Shown here piece by piece: positions 12,601-25,437 of a DNA stretch of 64,000 nt (within the stretch, counting starts at the first letter, position 1; each line of letters opens with the position of its first letter). The DNA is from Utricularia gibba (taxonomy: Eukaryota > Plantae > Magnoliophyta), in assembly GCA_002189035.1 (NCBI GenBank), contig NEEC01000019.1, forward strand, positions 310,001 to 374,000, given 5' to 3'. Position numbers and translations under genes: made by a program. A model generated the notes under the pieces. It searched no databases and had not been told where the DNA came from. It was given only the letters and a program-made list of their open reading frames with translations.

Positions 12601-14987
12601 GTAGTTGGAGCAACACGATTGGGAAAGTATCCGCATGGGTTGAATGCAAATTTTCAGGTGCACAAGGATATGATAACTATTATGGATCCTATGCCCAACC
12701 TTGAAAAAGCTTATACAATTTTACTAGGCGTTGAACATCATATGTAAAACCTTGTAGTTTCTCCCACATAAGGAGCTTTCCCCATAAAAACAATTGGGCG
12801 AACTGAGGATTTTTTATCATGGAAATATCATCAAAAGAAGCAACAACACTGTCTGAAATTGGCATGATCCGAAAGGATGTTACTGTACAAAATGCAAAAA
12901 GTCAGGTCATTTTGCTGAGAATTGTTTTGCTGGACTTCCGAATGAATAGAAACTTAACTAGTGGCATCAACTAAGGAAGAAGTATGCTTCTAACAAAGCT
13001 TGAAGTACAAGTCATGTGATTCATAATGGTGTGGAAAGTAAGAAAGGGTCAAGAAGTCTAAGTGATCAACAAACAAGTTCTCTTCTTGATTTGTCATTGG
13101 AAAAGCAGCTCAATATCAAACTTGCTAGAAGGTTGAATCTTCAGCAAGCACATGCAGGAAATCACTCACTAGGAGCAAATCAATCATCTAGTAGAAGACA
13201 AGTTGGAATTGCTCCAAATCAAGTTCATTTTGCTTCACAAGAAGAATTTTATGGGAGATAATTACATATTTAACCTGAAAAATTATGGATTTGGAGCATA
13301 ACGGGTCCACGCAATTTCGTGAATGGGTATATTTGACCCAAAATTGATGAATTTGATTTACAAATTTTTATAACTATAGGAGTCACTCATTTAATAATGT
13401 CAAATTTGACCTGATAAAATTTTGATTTCGGCATATTTGACCCACATAATTTATCGATTCGACATATTTGACCTACATAATTGAACCCACTTCAATTAAT
13501 TCTATATAGTTAATTATTAAAGAATTAAATTTCTTTTAGATTTAATAATTTTGTCCCCCCCCTCCCCCCTGCAAAGCTCAGGAGAGGTGGTTCCTGGAGA
13601 ACCAAAAAGTTGTGAAGATTTGCAGATATAGAATATGTGATTCTTCCTACAAGCTCGCCTCTTCAAGTGTAGCCTAATCGGCGTAAAGGTGCTACTCGCT
13701 TTCTCTGATCCACTAGTTGCTTATTCCGTGTTCGGCCTTCCTGTGTGCTCCTCCTTGCCCCCCTACAATAGAATCCAAAGGTGGCCTTTGGATGTTCTCG
13801 TGATGTGTTTGGTAACCTTTGTTACCGAGGAGCCAACTGGGTTGATTTGGCTATGATTTTCTATTAAAATTTTTAGGAGTCAGCTGTCTGCGTGAGTTAA
13901 CTTCAACTAGGCTTCCAATTATAAGATGCTCACCATGAGTTTTTTTTGTAGCTAGGACTGGAAATCATGTCAGCACTTTTGATGGAGAAAGAGAGTATTG
14001 CTCTAGAAATTTTGAAAATTTATTATCTTTTGCATGCATTGAAAAGGGGTTAAATGAGATATTTGAAAGTTTCTGGCCTGTTGTGTGGGGTGATTTAGAA
14101 AAGTGGCCAATGTCATCTCACTGTGTGCGAAATATGGCCAACCAATGTGAAAAAAAATGTTCTTAGTGCGTGAGATAGAGAGAGAGACAATGGCCAGATT
14201 TCTAAAAGATCCCTGTTATGCGTGTAGGAAGACAACGTGCTATTTTCTTTTCTTTTTTGCTATTGATTCTCATGATTGCAAACAGATGGACTTTGTATGC
14301 ATGTTTTTAAAGATTTTCCATATGACCCCTCTACTTTGCTTTCTGTTAGTCCATCAAAATAATGGGTTTGGGTTCTCCTCGTTAATCTTATTGTTGATTT
14401 CCTAGTTGATGTATTTATAGATATGGATACTCACATGAAGTATAAAAGCGACTTTAAATTAGACAATGGAAGTGAGGAGGAAGACCATGCAATTCTCGAC
14501 GACCAATTCCCCATCAAGAATGATGATTATGGATTATCTTTGCAAGTTCCTATATAAGAAGGAGTACAGTCGAAAGCTCCTTATAATTAAACAAGTGAAG
14601 GTCCTTTGAACATTATTAGAAAGGAAAGCGGTAGTGTTTGAATACAAGAACTTGTGTAATTATATTTTGTTTTGATTAAATTGTATTATTATTTTTTTAG
14701 TATTTAAATTATATTTTATTTATAGAGAAGGGATTGGTTTGTTGAAGAAGACGTTCGTAATATGAACTTGTAGACTTTGTTATTTGTCTTTGACACTATT
14801 TATGCATTTTATTTGTTTCTTTAATTTTTAAACAAATATTACGTGAACAATCATTATATGCTTATGATTTTTTTATTTTTTAAAAATTAAGTTATTTGAA
14901 TACTAATTACGATCATTCTAATTATATCTAATAAAAAAATAAATACAAGTATACAGAAGATGATAGAAAAAACCACAAGAGACCCAC

Positions 14988-15442
14988 TGTAAGGATAGGA
15001 GCCTAGTGATGGTTACATATCTCACTTAGGTTATGGACACAAGAGGGGACATGCTTAAATAGAGGGATCCAACTAATCTTGCATGAAACCTTTTTCCTGT
15101 AAGGGGAGAACGTTAAACCATGAGGTTTGGGTAATCAAAGTGGAAGGCGAGGGTGAGTCATGACAGTTGGTATTAGAGCCAAATTCGGGCTCGTGCCAAT
15201 GATGGGATGAGGTGACATTCAGTGAGGACGCTGAGTGTCTAAGAGGGGATGAATGTAAGGTTAAGCACCTAGTGACGGTTATGTATTTTACATTGGTTAT
15301 GGACGGGGGAGGGAACCTACTTAAATGGAGGGACACAACTAATCTTGCATGAGACCTTTTCTCTAGAAGAAGAGAAATAAAACTATGAGGAATGAGTGTT
15401 CAAAGCAGACAATATCATGTAAGATGAGGGTGGATCGTGACT
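14988..15442 (+). mobile_element. TRIM (terminal-repeat retrotransposon in miniature), 455 bp
   Basis: LTR1 14988-15165 and LTR2 15254-15442 both start TGTAAGG and share CAACTAATCTTGCATGA. PBS TGGTATTAGAGCC (tRNA-iMet type) at 15168-15180. 88-bp internal region with TGAGGACG and PPT AAGAGGGGATGAA. TSD CCCAC / TCCAT. Confidence 0.85.
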
Positions 15443-15739
15443 TCCATGCCCATGTGGAGTATGGCACACATGTGTGGATTACTATAATCCACGCTTGTGT
15501 GGTAGAAAGTGTAATCCTTTAGATGTTTGTAGTTTAATTAGTATTTTTGTGTTTTTTAACCTATAATTTAAGGGTTCTAAACCAATTCAATACAAATTGT
15601 ATGCTTTTTTATAAAATTGAAATTAATTCAAAAAGAAAATAAAAAAATAAAAATAATTAATTAAAATACTGAAAGTTCAATTCATTTTCTTTTATTATAA
15701 TTTTTGTATGAATAAAAATGTTATTTAACAAATAAAAAT

Positions 15740-16040
15740 ACAAAAATATGAGCTCGATAGAGTGCACATTTTTTTAAGGTATTATTTGTAAATCGAATTC
15801 AAATTTTTTATTTTAAATTTATATTATTAATTGACCTTTGGATACAATGAGGATAGAGCGCATATTTTTTTATTTTAAATTTTTATTTACATTCGATCCT
15901 TAGATATAATATAGATTGAATGCATATTTTTTAAAAAATTTATAATATCACTCGACCCTTAGATGGAATTTGGATCAAGTGCATATTTTTTTATTTAAAA
16001 TTTATATTAGAACTCGATAGTTACGTACAATCGGGATCGA
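15740..16040. repeat. Degenerate tandem repeat of about 60 bp (core GATAGAGTGCATATTTTTT), about 5 copies
   Basis: Recurring cores: gatagagtgcacattttttt, gatagagcgcatattttttt, gattgaatgcatatttttt, gatcaagtgcatattttttt. Confidence 0.55.
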
Positions 16041-16322
16041 GAAGTTTCGACTTCTGATTGTTGAGAAGAGTCTGATGCATTGCTTCTCTCATTGACACAT
16101 GAACTCTCCATGTCTTTCTAATTCATTCACCGTTAAGCCTTCATATAAAATCATATTGGTACTCCACTCAATATGAGAATACATTTTTTATCCGAAAAAT
16201 CCACATCATTTATTCATTTTATATGGGTTAATGGATTACGACCCTCAACTTGTCCCAGATACAGATCTATGTATGCAATGCCTAGTAATTAGAAATCATC
16301 TTAGAAAATTTTATAACCATTT

Positions 16323-18350
16323 TGTTAGACACCATGAATTTAAAATACGTTTGGGGTATTCAAACTTAATAATTTAATAAAAATAATGTAATAAAAGAAT
16401 ATATATCCTTTTGAAAACCAAGCATCAAAATTATTATTTTTTTATTAAAAAAATAATTTAAGTATGCCTTTTAAGGTTAGAGTGTTGGTGTATGTATTTT
16501 AGAAACAATCAACTCATTGACAAATCTTATCCTTTGATGTTTACTTTGAATTGTGATCAAGTTTACATCATTGATAAAATCCTCTACTTGATCTATGTGC
16601 TATAGAAATTATGATAAGATCATAATGTGAGATTTTTCAAGCACTTATGCTTAAGGTAAAAAACTCCATGGCTAGAGTATTTGTGAAATGAGAATATTAC
16701 AAATACAGATAAGTTGGCACATATTGAGTTTTCTAAACTGTTTAGTCAATGGTTCTCACAATTGATATAATGAGATTACTAGAACCTATGTGTGGGTGTC
16801 GATTAGAGAATCGATTCATTGGATGACTCATCTTCAAGATGCTACTATGGGAAGCTAACCAAGTGTCAGTAACAAGATCTCAAATATGACAATCGTGCAA
16901 GTAAATTTAGATTTGAGGTCAACAAAGTTATCTTGATCTTAAGCTCACATTTTCACTCATTACTAATGGGAGCCTAACCATGGTTTTCCTAGTATGGATG
17001 AGTAAGGATGTGACTCCTTAAGGTTGGAGATAGTTGATTGATCAATAAAGGATTCATCACTCATGTTAGTTATGAGATTATATCTTAAGTAATTGCATCA
17101 AAGCCTAACAGTAAGTCTTGGGCTCAGGGTAATGGCACTCGAATTGTTTGAGTAGGTTATTGAGTGTTAGTGCTTGAATGCAGTTATAAGTTTGATACAT
17201 CAAAAAGACATATACCCATGTTCTGGTATCGAATGAGATATAAGTATGATGAAAGTTGTTCATTGCATGGTGGCTAGTCATGGAAAGGCTCAATCAATTT
17301 ACCTGATTATTCTTTAATGTTGGAGATCATGATATGTTGCTAGACATCACTCATGATCAATAATAATGGATCTGATTAATTAAGGGTTAATTAATAAATC
17401 TATTATTACGACCTTGATTGAAGAAGCCTATAGGATCACACACAATAATGGAGTCACTCATCGATATAAAATAGAATGACACAATTACATGAGACGTAAT
17501 TGGTAAAGTGAATAAATTAAATAGAGAGATATTTTGAGATTAATATTGATTAAACTTAAAAAAAATCTTATATAGATAAGATTTGGAACATATACATATC
17601 TCCACAAGATAAGGTCTTTACGGAGATTTGATTTGATATGTTACCAAATATCTATCAAAAGGATTTAGATCTATAGATATGCTTCACACATCTTCGTGCT
17701 CTCTAAGATTGATCTGCAAGGGGGCGATTTTCTCTACTAGCAACTAAGGAGATCGACCAGCATTCTACAATCTTGAGAAAGAGATCAACGGAGTGCTTCA
17801 CGTGTGGATACCATAGAAGCCGTCTACTATTGGCGGTTGGTGAACAACGAAGTCCTTTAAAAGGTATTTTCAGCATCTCTTTATCTGACGTATACCGTAT
17901 TCCAAGATCTGCGTTTGGGGTTTCTCGAAAATTTTTAAATTCCGTTGCTTTTCTAACGTACGATGTCTATGAGAAACCCAACAGTGGTATTAGAGCCAGG
18001 TTACAGAATACGTGTATACGTTAGAATCTTTGCTGATTTTACGAGATGTTCTCGTATGTTGCCTTGCCGGTGACACGTTAAAATCTTTGCTGATTTTGCA
18101 AGATGTTCTCATATGTTGCCTTGTCGGGCATCATTTTTGTAATATTATTTATTTCAATCAAGCCAAAATTGAAAACCCTAGCCCGCATTCAAGGTTTTTT
18201 TCTAAATATATCACCCGATGGGTCAAATCCGTGTATCCATCGAGGTTGACCTCACTCGTAACCATTTGAAACGGATACGAATCACAGGTTTGACTCAAAG
18301 CAGGTTGACCCAATGGATACACATATTGACCGTTTTGTCCAGGTCTACAA
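16323..18350 (+). mobile_element. Truncated Copia (Angela-like): long LTR 16323-17983, PBS 17985-17997 and a short leader
   Basis: Starts TGTTAG and ends CCCAACA, followed by GTGGTATTAGAGCC. No coding region follows. The lineage call rests on LTR length and general composition. Confidence 0.6.
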
Positions 18351-18560
18351 GGCAATTATAGACCAACATTTATTTTAAAAATAATTCAATTTTTTAAAAA
18401 TTGTGATAAGCTTTATGGTTAATTATGTCAGTTTGATAAACTTATTTGGTTAATTATGTTAATTTGTCACACTTTGTGGGTTAAATATACAAATTTAAAA
18501 AATTTCAAGGATCAATGATATCAATTTATTAAACTATATGCCAAATTATTGGGTTAAATA

Positions 18561-21500
18561 TGTTGAATGACAAAGGCATAAATGAGGATGCAAGTTTGCT
18601 GAACATCAATGATGTGAATGAAGATGCAAACGTTCGTGCACAGAAGAAAAGATGAAGTTTTATTGTATATTTATATTCATTTTTTTATTTCATTTTTTAT
18701 TCCATTTCTTTTACTTTGTATATATACTGGTATGTTAATTTTAGTTGAGTAGAACAGAAATTTCCAAATCGCATTCATGTTCATTGTATCAAAGCCAAGA
18801 TTCAACACACTTTTATGTAATACATTTTCTGTTCTCTTCATCCTACAGTGACACGTACCCTTTCTCCTTTGATTAGATATGGAGGAATTTATTTATTGAA
18901 ACCCTACTGATGCTCTTGGTTGTTCTTCGAGAAACAACGACTCCAAATCCTACCTATCTAGTTACTACTATTGATAACCCAGGTTCCAAGTTGGTAAATC
19001 TTCCTCTTACTTCTACAAATTTTAAGGATTGGAGCCGTCTGGTTACTCTTGCCCTAGATTGCAAAGATAAACTTGGTTTTATTAATGGTGAAGCTGTAAT
19101 GCAGATGGTCAGAGTCTCACACTTTGACCGAGACATGTCAGGAGACTATCATGGAGTGTTACAGGAGTATTGCAGATGGTCAGAGTCTGACTTTTTGTGC
19201 CTTGTACGTGACTTGGAACAATTGTGGGCGGAGGACTGACACTAGTCAAGGCCCCTGACTTACGGCATGTCAGAGTCTGCAGCAATGATTGGACGCTAAC
19301 TTGCACGCAAAGGAAAGCCACTGGCGCACGCAAGACAGAAGGAATGATGGGAAGGGGACCCAAAGGAGTTAATGCATGTGGAGGAGTGATATAAAAACCA
19401 CTTGGAACACTTAATTTTGAACTTTTGCCATTTCCTTCCTAGACTTAGAACTTTTGAGTTCTTCCTCCCCTCAAGGAGGAAGAACACTTAGCTTCCTTTT
19501 CGTTTCTGTTTCCATAGCCCTTTGTGGCTAAAACCCTTTAGTTTATGGGAGAAGATGAAGTTTCCTTCCAAGTCTTGAGCAACACACTCGATTCTTCACT
19601 GAATTGATTTCGGATTCTGCATACTTCCAACCGTATTGTTGCAGTCTTTCTATAACGACTCTTAGTCAAGGTACATGAGTAGCAAGCCACTCCTCGCGGA
19701 TTTTGGTGAAGATCAAGGTGAAGAACACCAACTCCAACCCTGATGGTTCGAGGGAAGTAGTGGATTGTTTGTGGGCTAGGTGCTGCGACAGTGGACAGGT
19801 TGTGACCTTGGACCTGCCACTGGCCATTGGTAACAGTTGGGCACATGTGCGCAATTCGGTTTTGAAGGCAATCGAAGGCAATCCTCATGTCTTCCTAATC
19901 GTTCAAGGGGGAATCACATGAGGCTATTCCCATGCCTCCTTGTCAATCAGAGTGTAAGGGAGAGTAGGCTATTCCTTGCTCCTATAACCGGTTATTCGGA
20001 AGAAATCAGTGAAAACCGAGACAAGGATGGACAAAGGAAGGAGATTGAATCTTATTCCTAGGAACTGCGTCCTGTAGTCAAGGCCCATTACTTAGGTTGT
20101 AACTTTTATTTTTGCATTCCACAAACCCCTTTTTACAAAACCGTGACATTTTGTAGAAGTTTCTTACAAAACACTTTTCACGAAAACCAACTCCTTGTGA
20201 TCGATACTCGTACTACGCTATTTGGTGTTTTACGTTTTAAATATTTAAAATTTTTTGAGGAAACGACACGCAACAAGTAGCATAGACATGGTTCGTTTGA
20301 CTCATTTCTTATCTGTTTACATGATTCGTTTGGGATATCCCGCAATTTGATCATGGCCATGGATAAAGCACACTCTCTGGATGAGGCCTTCTCAATTATG
20401 CTGAATGCTGAAATGCTTCAACCTAAAGATTCAATGCTCTTTGGATCTGCTTTGATGGGAAAGATGACACCTATGGATATTTCTTCTCATGAGAATGTAT
20501 TCATGACAAAATCTGTGGACAAGAAGCTTTGTTATTGCATGAAATGCAAGAAAAACAATCATTTGAAAGAGACTTGTTTCAAAGGAGTGCCGGAATCTAA
20601 ATGGCCTGATTGGTACCTGGAACTTCGAAAAAGGCCAGTTAGAGGAAACCAAGGGCAAAATACTTATTCTCACGCCCATCGCGCTACCATGAGACTTAAC
20701 TCTATTGGTGGTGCAGCTCTTATTAATCCACCATCTATTCCTACTAACACATCATCGATTGGTGATGTTGTTTGTAGTGTAGATATCAATGCTGAAACTG
20801 CACAATTCATCAAGCAAGATGTTATGAGAGCCATTGGATTACATATTCCACCACAAGATCAAACCAAGGCCAACTTTGTCGATTTTGGTGATTTTATTGG
20901 TAATGCTTCAAATCTTAGCTTGTATCCTTTATATTCTGAAGATGCTACTTGTTACTTTACTATGGTTAAGTGCATGTCCATTGGTGATTCTGATGCCTCT
21001 TGTATGAAATCTTGGGAATGGGTAGTAGACACTGGAGCCACTTCACATATGTGCCATTCTACTAGTTTTTTTCTCTAACCTCCAGCCCATCAAAACCCAT
21101 AACCTCGTGTTCCTACCAGATGGTTCTTTTAAAAGAGTCACTCACATCAGCCCCATTCAGCTATGTGTTTCAAATATAATTTGTTGTCTATTAGTCAACT
21201 CGTTGCCATGAATACCGATGTTATTTTCCGTGATTCTTGTTGCCTTTTCTGGGACCTACCCTCTAAGCGTCTCTTTGGAATAGGGAGATTAAATGAGGGC
21301 TTGTACATTGTTGATCGGAGATCCTTTCAGCCCAAATTCTTACAAGCTTACTCATTGGCTGTTTTTGATTCATTAGAAGAACGTACTTGTAATCTCCTTT
21401 TCAAACAATGTGCTCTTTTACTTAGTAAAATTGCACGTTTTGGTACAACTCATGAAAAACAAAGTTCTTGTCTCTTGAGGCATTGTCGACTCTGCCATGT

Positions 21501-24402
21501 TTCTCATATTACCTCTACACATCTTCCCTTTACTTGTGATACTCAATCCAATCCTTGTGATATTTGTGAATATTCAAAATTTCATTGTATTCCATTTCCG
21601 ATCAGCACTACTTGAGCTTCCCAACCCTTTAACTTAGTTCATTGTGACATTTGGGGACCTTATAAAATCCCAACTTTTATGGGGTGCAAATTTTTCTTAA
21701 CTTTGGTTGATGATTTTACTCGATGCACTTGGACTTTTCTTATGCCTACAAAAGGTCATGCCTTTGAAATTCATTCCAATGGTCCAAACCCAATATGGTT
21801 ATCCTGTAAAAATTCTTCAATTAGACAATGGGGGGGAATTTACTTGTTGGCTTTCCACTTTAGGTATTGTCTCTCAAGCTACTTGTCCTCATGCTCCTCA
21901 ACAAAATGGGATTGTTGAGCATAAGCACAAAAGTCTTTGGAAATTTCTAGAGCTCTCATGTTCCAATCTGGTTTGCCACGGGATTTTTGGGGTGAAAGTA
22001 TTCTAACAGCCACTTATCTACTTAATAGACTTCCTTTTCTGTTTTTAGTTGGAGAACACCCATAGAGATGCTTTTAAATGTCGAACCCACCTATGATCAT
22101 TTAAGGGTGTTTGGATGTCTATGTTATGCCGCTATGACAACTCCTCATAGAGATAAGTTTTCACCTCGAGCAACAAAGTGTATTTTTCTTGGTTACCTAA
22201 TGAATCATAACGGTTATAAACTTTATGATCTAGACACTAAGCAGATTCTCATTTCTAGGGATGTGAAACTTTTTGAGAATGTATTTCCATTAAAGGGACA
22301 TTCATCTCTTGATTTTAGGGATTTAGAATCCATTCTTCCGCTTTTGACTACTTATGAAGGATTTGATTTTTCTCAAACAAATGAGTCCCCTTCAACCATG
22401 GTTGATCAATCTTCTACTCATCTTCCTGCAATCTCACCACAATTGTCTCCTTCCACTACTAACTCCCCTACCTCTATGGTCAATCGAGCGTGTCCCTTGT
22501 CACCCGATCCCTTTGAAATGAATAACTCCACATACACTCATTCACCCATTGAATCCATTCCTTCCACACCTCCAAGACTTGTGGCACCACTTCTACGAAG
22601 GAGTGATCAAGTTACAAAACTTCCAGCATGGGCCTTAGATTACACCAATCCTTCTTTTTTACCTGACTCTACTTGCTTGGCCAGCACATATAGTGAATCC
22701 ATGGCTCTTATGTATACTATTGATGAACCAAGAACTTACATGGAAGCAAAAGGAAATGCATCTTGGGAACAAGCCATGTGAGATGAAATTGTAGCTTTGG
22801 AAGCTAATGATACTTGGACACTCGTCATCCTACCTCAAGGTAGTAAGCCTATTGGATGTAAGTGGGTTTATAAGGTTAAATTGAATCTGGATGGAAGTGG
22901 GGCACGTTACAAGGCACGTTTTGTAGTGAAGGGCTACAACCAAGTTGAAGGTGTTCATTACTATGATAGCTTCTCTCCGATTGCAAAAATGGTGACCATT
23001 CGTTTGATACTAACTGTTAGTGCAAAGAATGGATGGTTTTTGCATCAGTTAGATATTAATAATGCTTTTCTTTAGGGTCACTTGAATGAAGTTATTTATA
23101 TGATCCCGCAGGAGGGCTATGACATAGGGTCTATAGGGAAAGTTTGTTTATTAAAGAAGTCACTATATGGCCTTAAACAAGCCTCTAGACAGTGGAATAT
23201 AGAACTTACAAATGTTCTAATCTCCTTTGGTTTTCTTCAAGCTCAGTCGGATAACTATCTCTTTGTACATAAGACTAATGATTCGATCACCTTATTGATG
23301 GTGTATGTTGATGTGTTCTATTGACAGAAAGTAGTTTGAACTTTTATTCAAGAAGTAAAGTCCTATCTACACAGGTTGTTCACTATCAATGACTTAGGGG
23401 AAGCCACTTTTTTCCTTGGTTTGGAGTTACATAGAACAAGTGGCGGTTATTTCCTATCACAACGTAAGTATGCCATTGATACTGTCCAAAATATGAAACT
23501 TCTAGATTCAGCTCCATCGCTTACCCCACTATCATGCAACTTCAAGTTTTCTCCACTTGGAGAGGAAGATATATTGGAAGAAACTGCTTATCGAAAGCTA
23601 GTAGGACGTTTACCTTATCTCGGTTTTACTAGACCTGATCTAGCCTATGTCACTCAGCAATTAAGTCAGTTTCTTCAATATCCTACTTCAAACCAATGGA
23701 AAATTGCAAAGAGAGTAGTACATTATCTTAGTGGCACCTTTACACGAGGTTTTCTTTTTCCCAAGCATGGTGATTTACATTTGAAAGCTTATTGTGATGC
23801 GGATAGGGGTGCATGTAGTACCACCCGATGATGTATATCCGTTTATTGTGTATTTTTGAGGCGTTCATTTATCTCTTGGCATGCCAAAAAGCAAAATGTG
23901 GTTGCTAAATCCTCTATTGAAGCAGAATACAGGAGCATGTCTCTCACTACAAGTGAATTGCGATGGATCAGTTATTTGCTTCAAGAAATGCATGTGCTCT
24001 TAATCACACCAATACCCTTGTGGTGTGATAACCAAGCAGCTATTCACATTGCTTCTAATATGGTATTCCATGAGCGAACAAGGCACATTGAGATTGATTG
24101 TCACAATGTGCGAGAACAACAACGAAAAGGTTTTTTGAGTTGTTCACAAAAGGTTTGAGCACTACACACTTTCTCAATATGATTGGCAAGTTGGGATTAT
24201 GTGATTCTCCCAATTCCGGCTTGAGAGGGGTGTGTTGAATGACAAAGGCATAAATGAAGATGCAAACGTTCATGCATAGAAGAAAAGATGAAGCTTTATT
24301 GTATATTTATGTTCATTTTTTTATTCCATTTCTTTTCCTTTGGATATATACTGGTACACTCATTTTAGTTGAGTAGAAATTCCCTAATTGCGTTCATGTT
24401 CA
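18561..24402 (+). mobile_element. Ty1/copia element (Copia-B), decayed but complete: 5'LTR 18561-18783, PBS 18784-18796, gag-PR-INT-RT-RNH, PPT 24223-24230, 3'LTR 24233-24402
   Basis: LTRs TGTTGAATGACAAAGG...TTCATGTTCA; TSD AAATA/GAATA. Motifs [96 protein letters not shown]. Many stops and frameshifts. Confidence 0.92.
19095..20275 (+). mobile_element. Athila-type LTR fragment inserted in Copia-B gag
   Basis: Its 3' end (CGATACTCGTACTACGCT...GGAAACGACACGCAACA) is homologous to the Athila LTR end at 48960-49034. There is no TSD, and Copia-B gag lacks the segment between INGEA and DMVRL. Confidence 0.7.
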
Positions 24403-25437
24403 GAATATACCAACCAAACACTCTACATGAGACCAATGGTAAACTTATTAGGTCAAATGAACTCTATTGTAAAGTTTTGTAACTTTTCATTGAGTCAAAT
24501 ATGCCCTGTTGTAATATTTTGTAGGTTAAAAGTGTCAAAACTAAATTTTTTTAGGTTAAATATGTCATGCATTAAATTTTTTATAGGTCAAATATGCCAT
24601 TTTGTAAACATTTTGGGTCACATATGCGAAGCCGATACTACTTTAGGTCAAATATATTAAACGGGTCATTTCGGTGTGGGTCAAAAATGCAAAAAAATTC
24701 AAAATTTTAGGTTAAAAATGCCATCACTCCAATTTTCTGGTAACTCATCTAATCTTTCACTAATTAATATCTTAGGGCATAGTGGACATAGTTCGTGGAT
24801 TATTGATTCTAATGCAATTGCACATGTATGTCATGACCTCAATTGGTTGACTGATTTTTTTTTCCCACAATCCAAAGCTATCCCTTTTATATTACCTGAT
24901 GGAAATAGTTCACTAGTCAATGTCATAGCTAATAGCGATCTCTTTGATTCATTATCCCTCTCTAATGTACTTTTTGTACCTAGTTTCACATATAATCTAA
25001 TTTCCATTCTTAAGCTCCAAGACCTAATACGGTTTCTTTTCCTTGAATCATGTTGTTTCTTATAGTATTGGATATCTATGAAACTACTTGGGGTAGGAAG
25101 ACTAAAGAATGGACATCATACTCTTGATAAAAAAATCTTTTTTCTCTCATGTTTTGTTATTGTATTCTGTAGCCCTATCAAACTCTTTAAATGTTCCATA
25201 TACAAACTTATGTATTGATGCTAGTGAAGCTATTTTCAATTTTCTGTCATTTTTATATGGATCTCATTCTATTTCAAACACCAATTTACTATGGCATTGT
25301 AGGTTAGGCTATATATATGATAATAAAGTCTCTCATCTAGAACCTTCATGTGTTTTAAATGGTGTCCCATGTAATATATGTGCATTTTTTTAAAATGCAC
25401 AGATTACCTTTCAAATATAATTGCATTACTTCCTCTA

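Larger units (their letters stand above)
13254..24730. mobile_element. Non-autonomous Mutator-like element (MULE), 11.5 kb including nested insertions
   Basis: Termini GGAGATAATTACATATTTAACCT / AGGTTAAAAATGCCATCACTCC. Long degenerate TIRs are built of ATATTT(G/A)ACC motifs (13254-13490; 18400-18560 plus 24403-24730). 9-bp TSD AATTTTATG (13245-13253) / AATTTTCTG (24731-24739). Removing it rejoins Copia-A as ...VHFASQEEF(S)GNSSNLSL... Confidence 0.8.
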
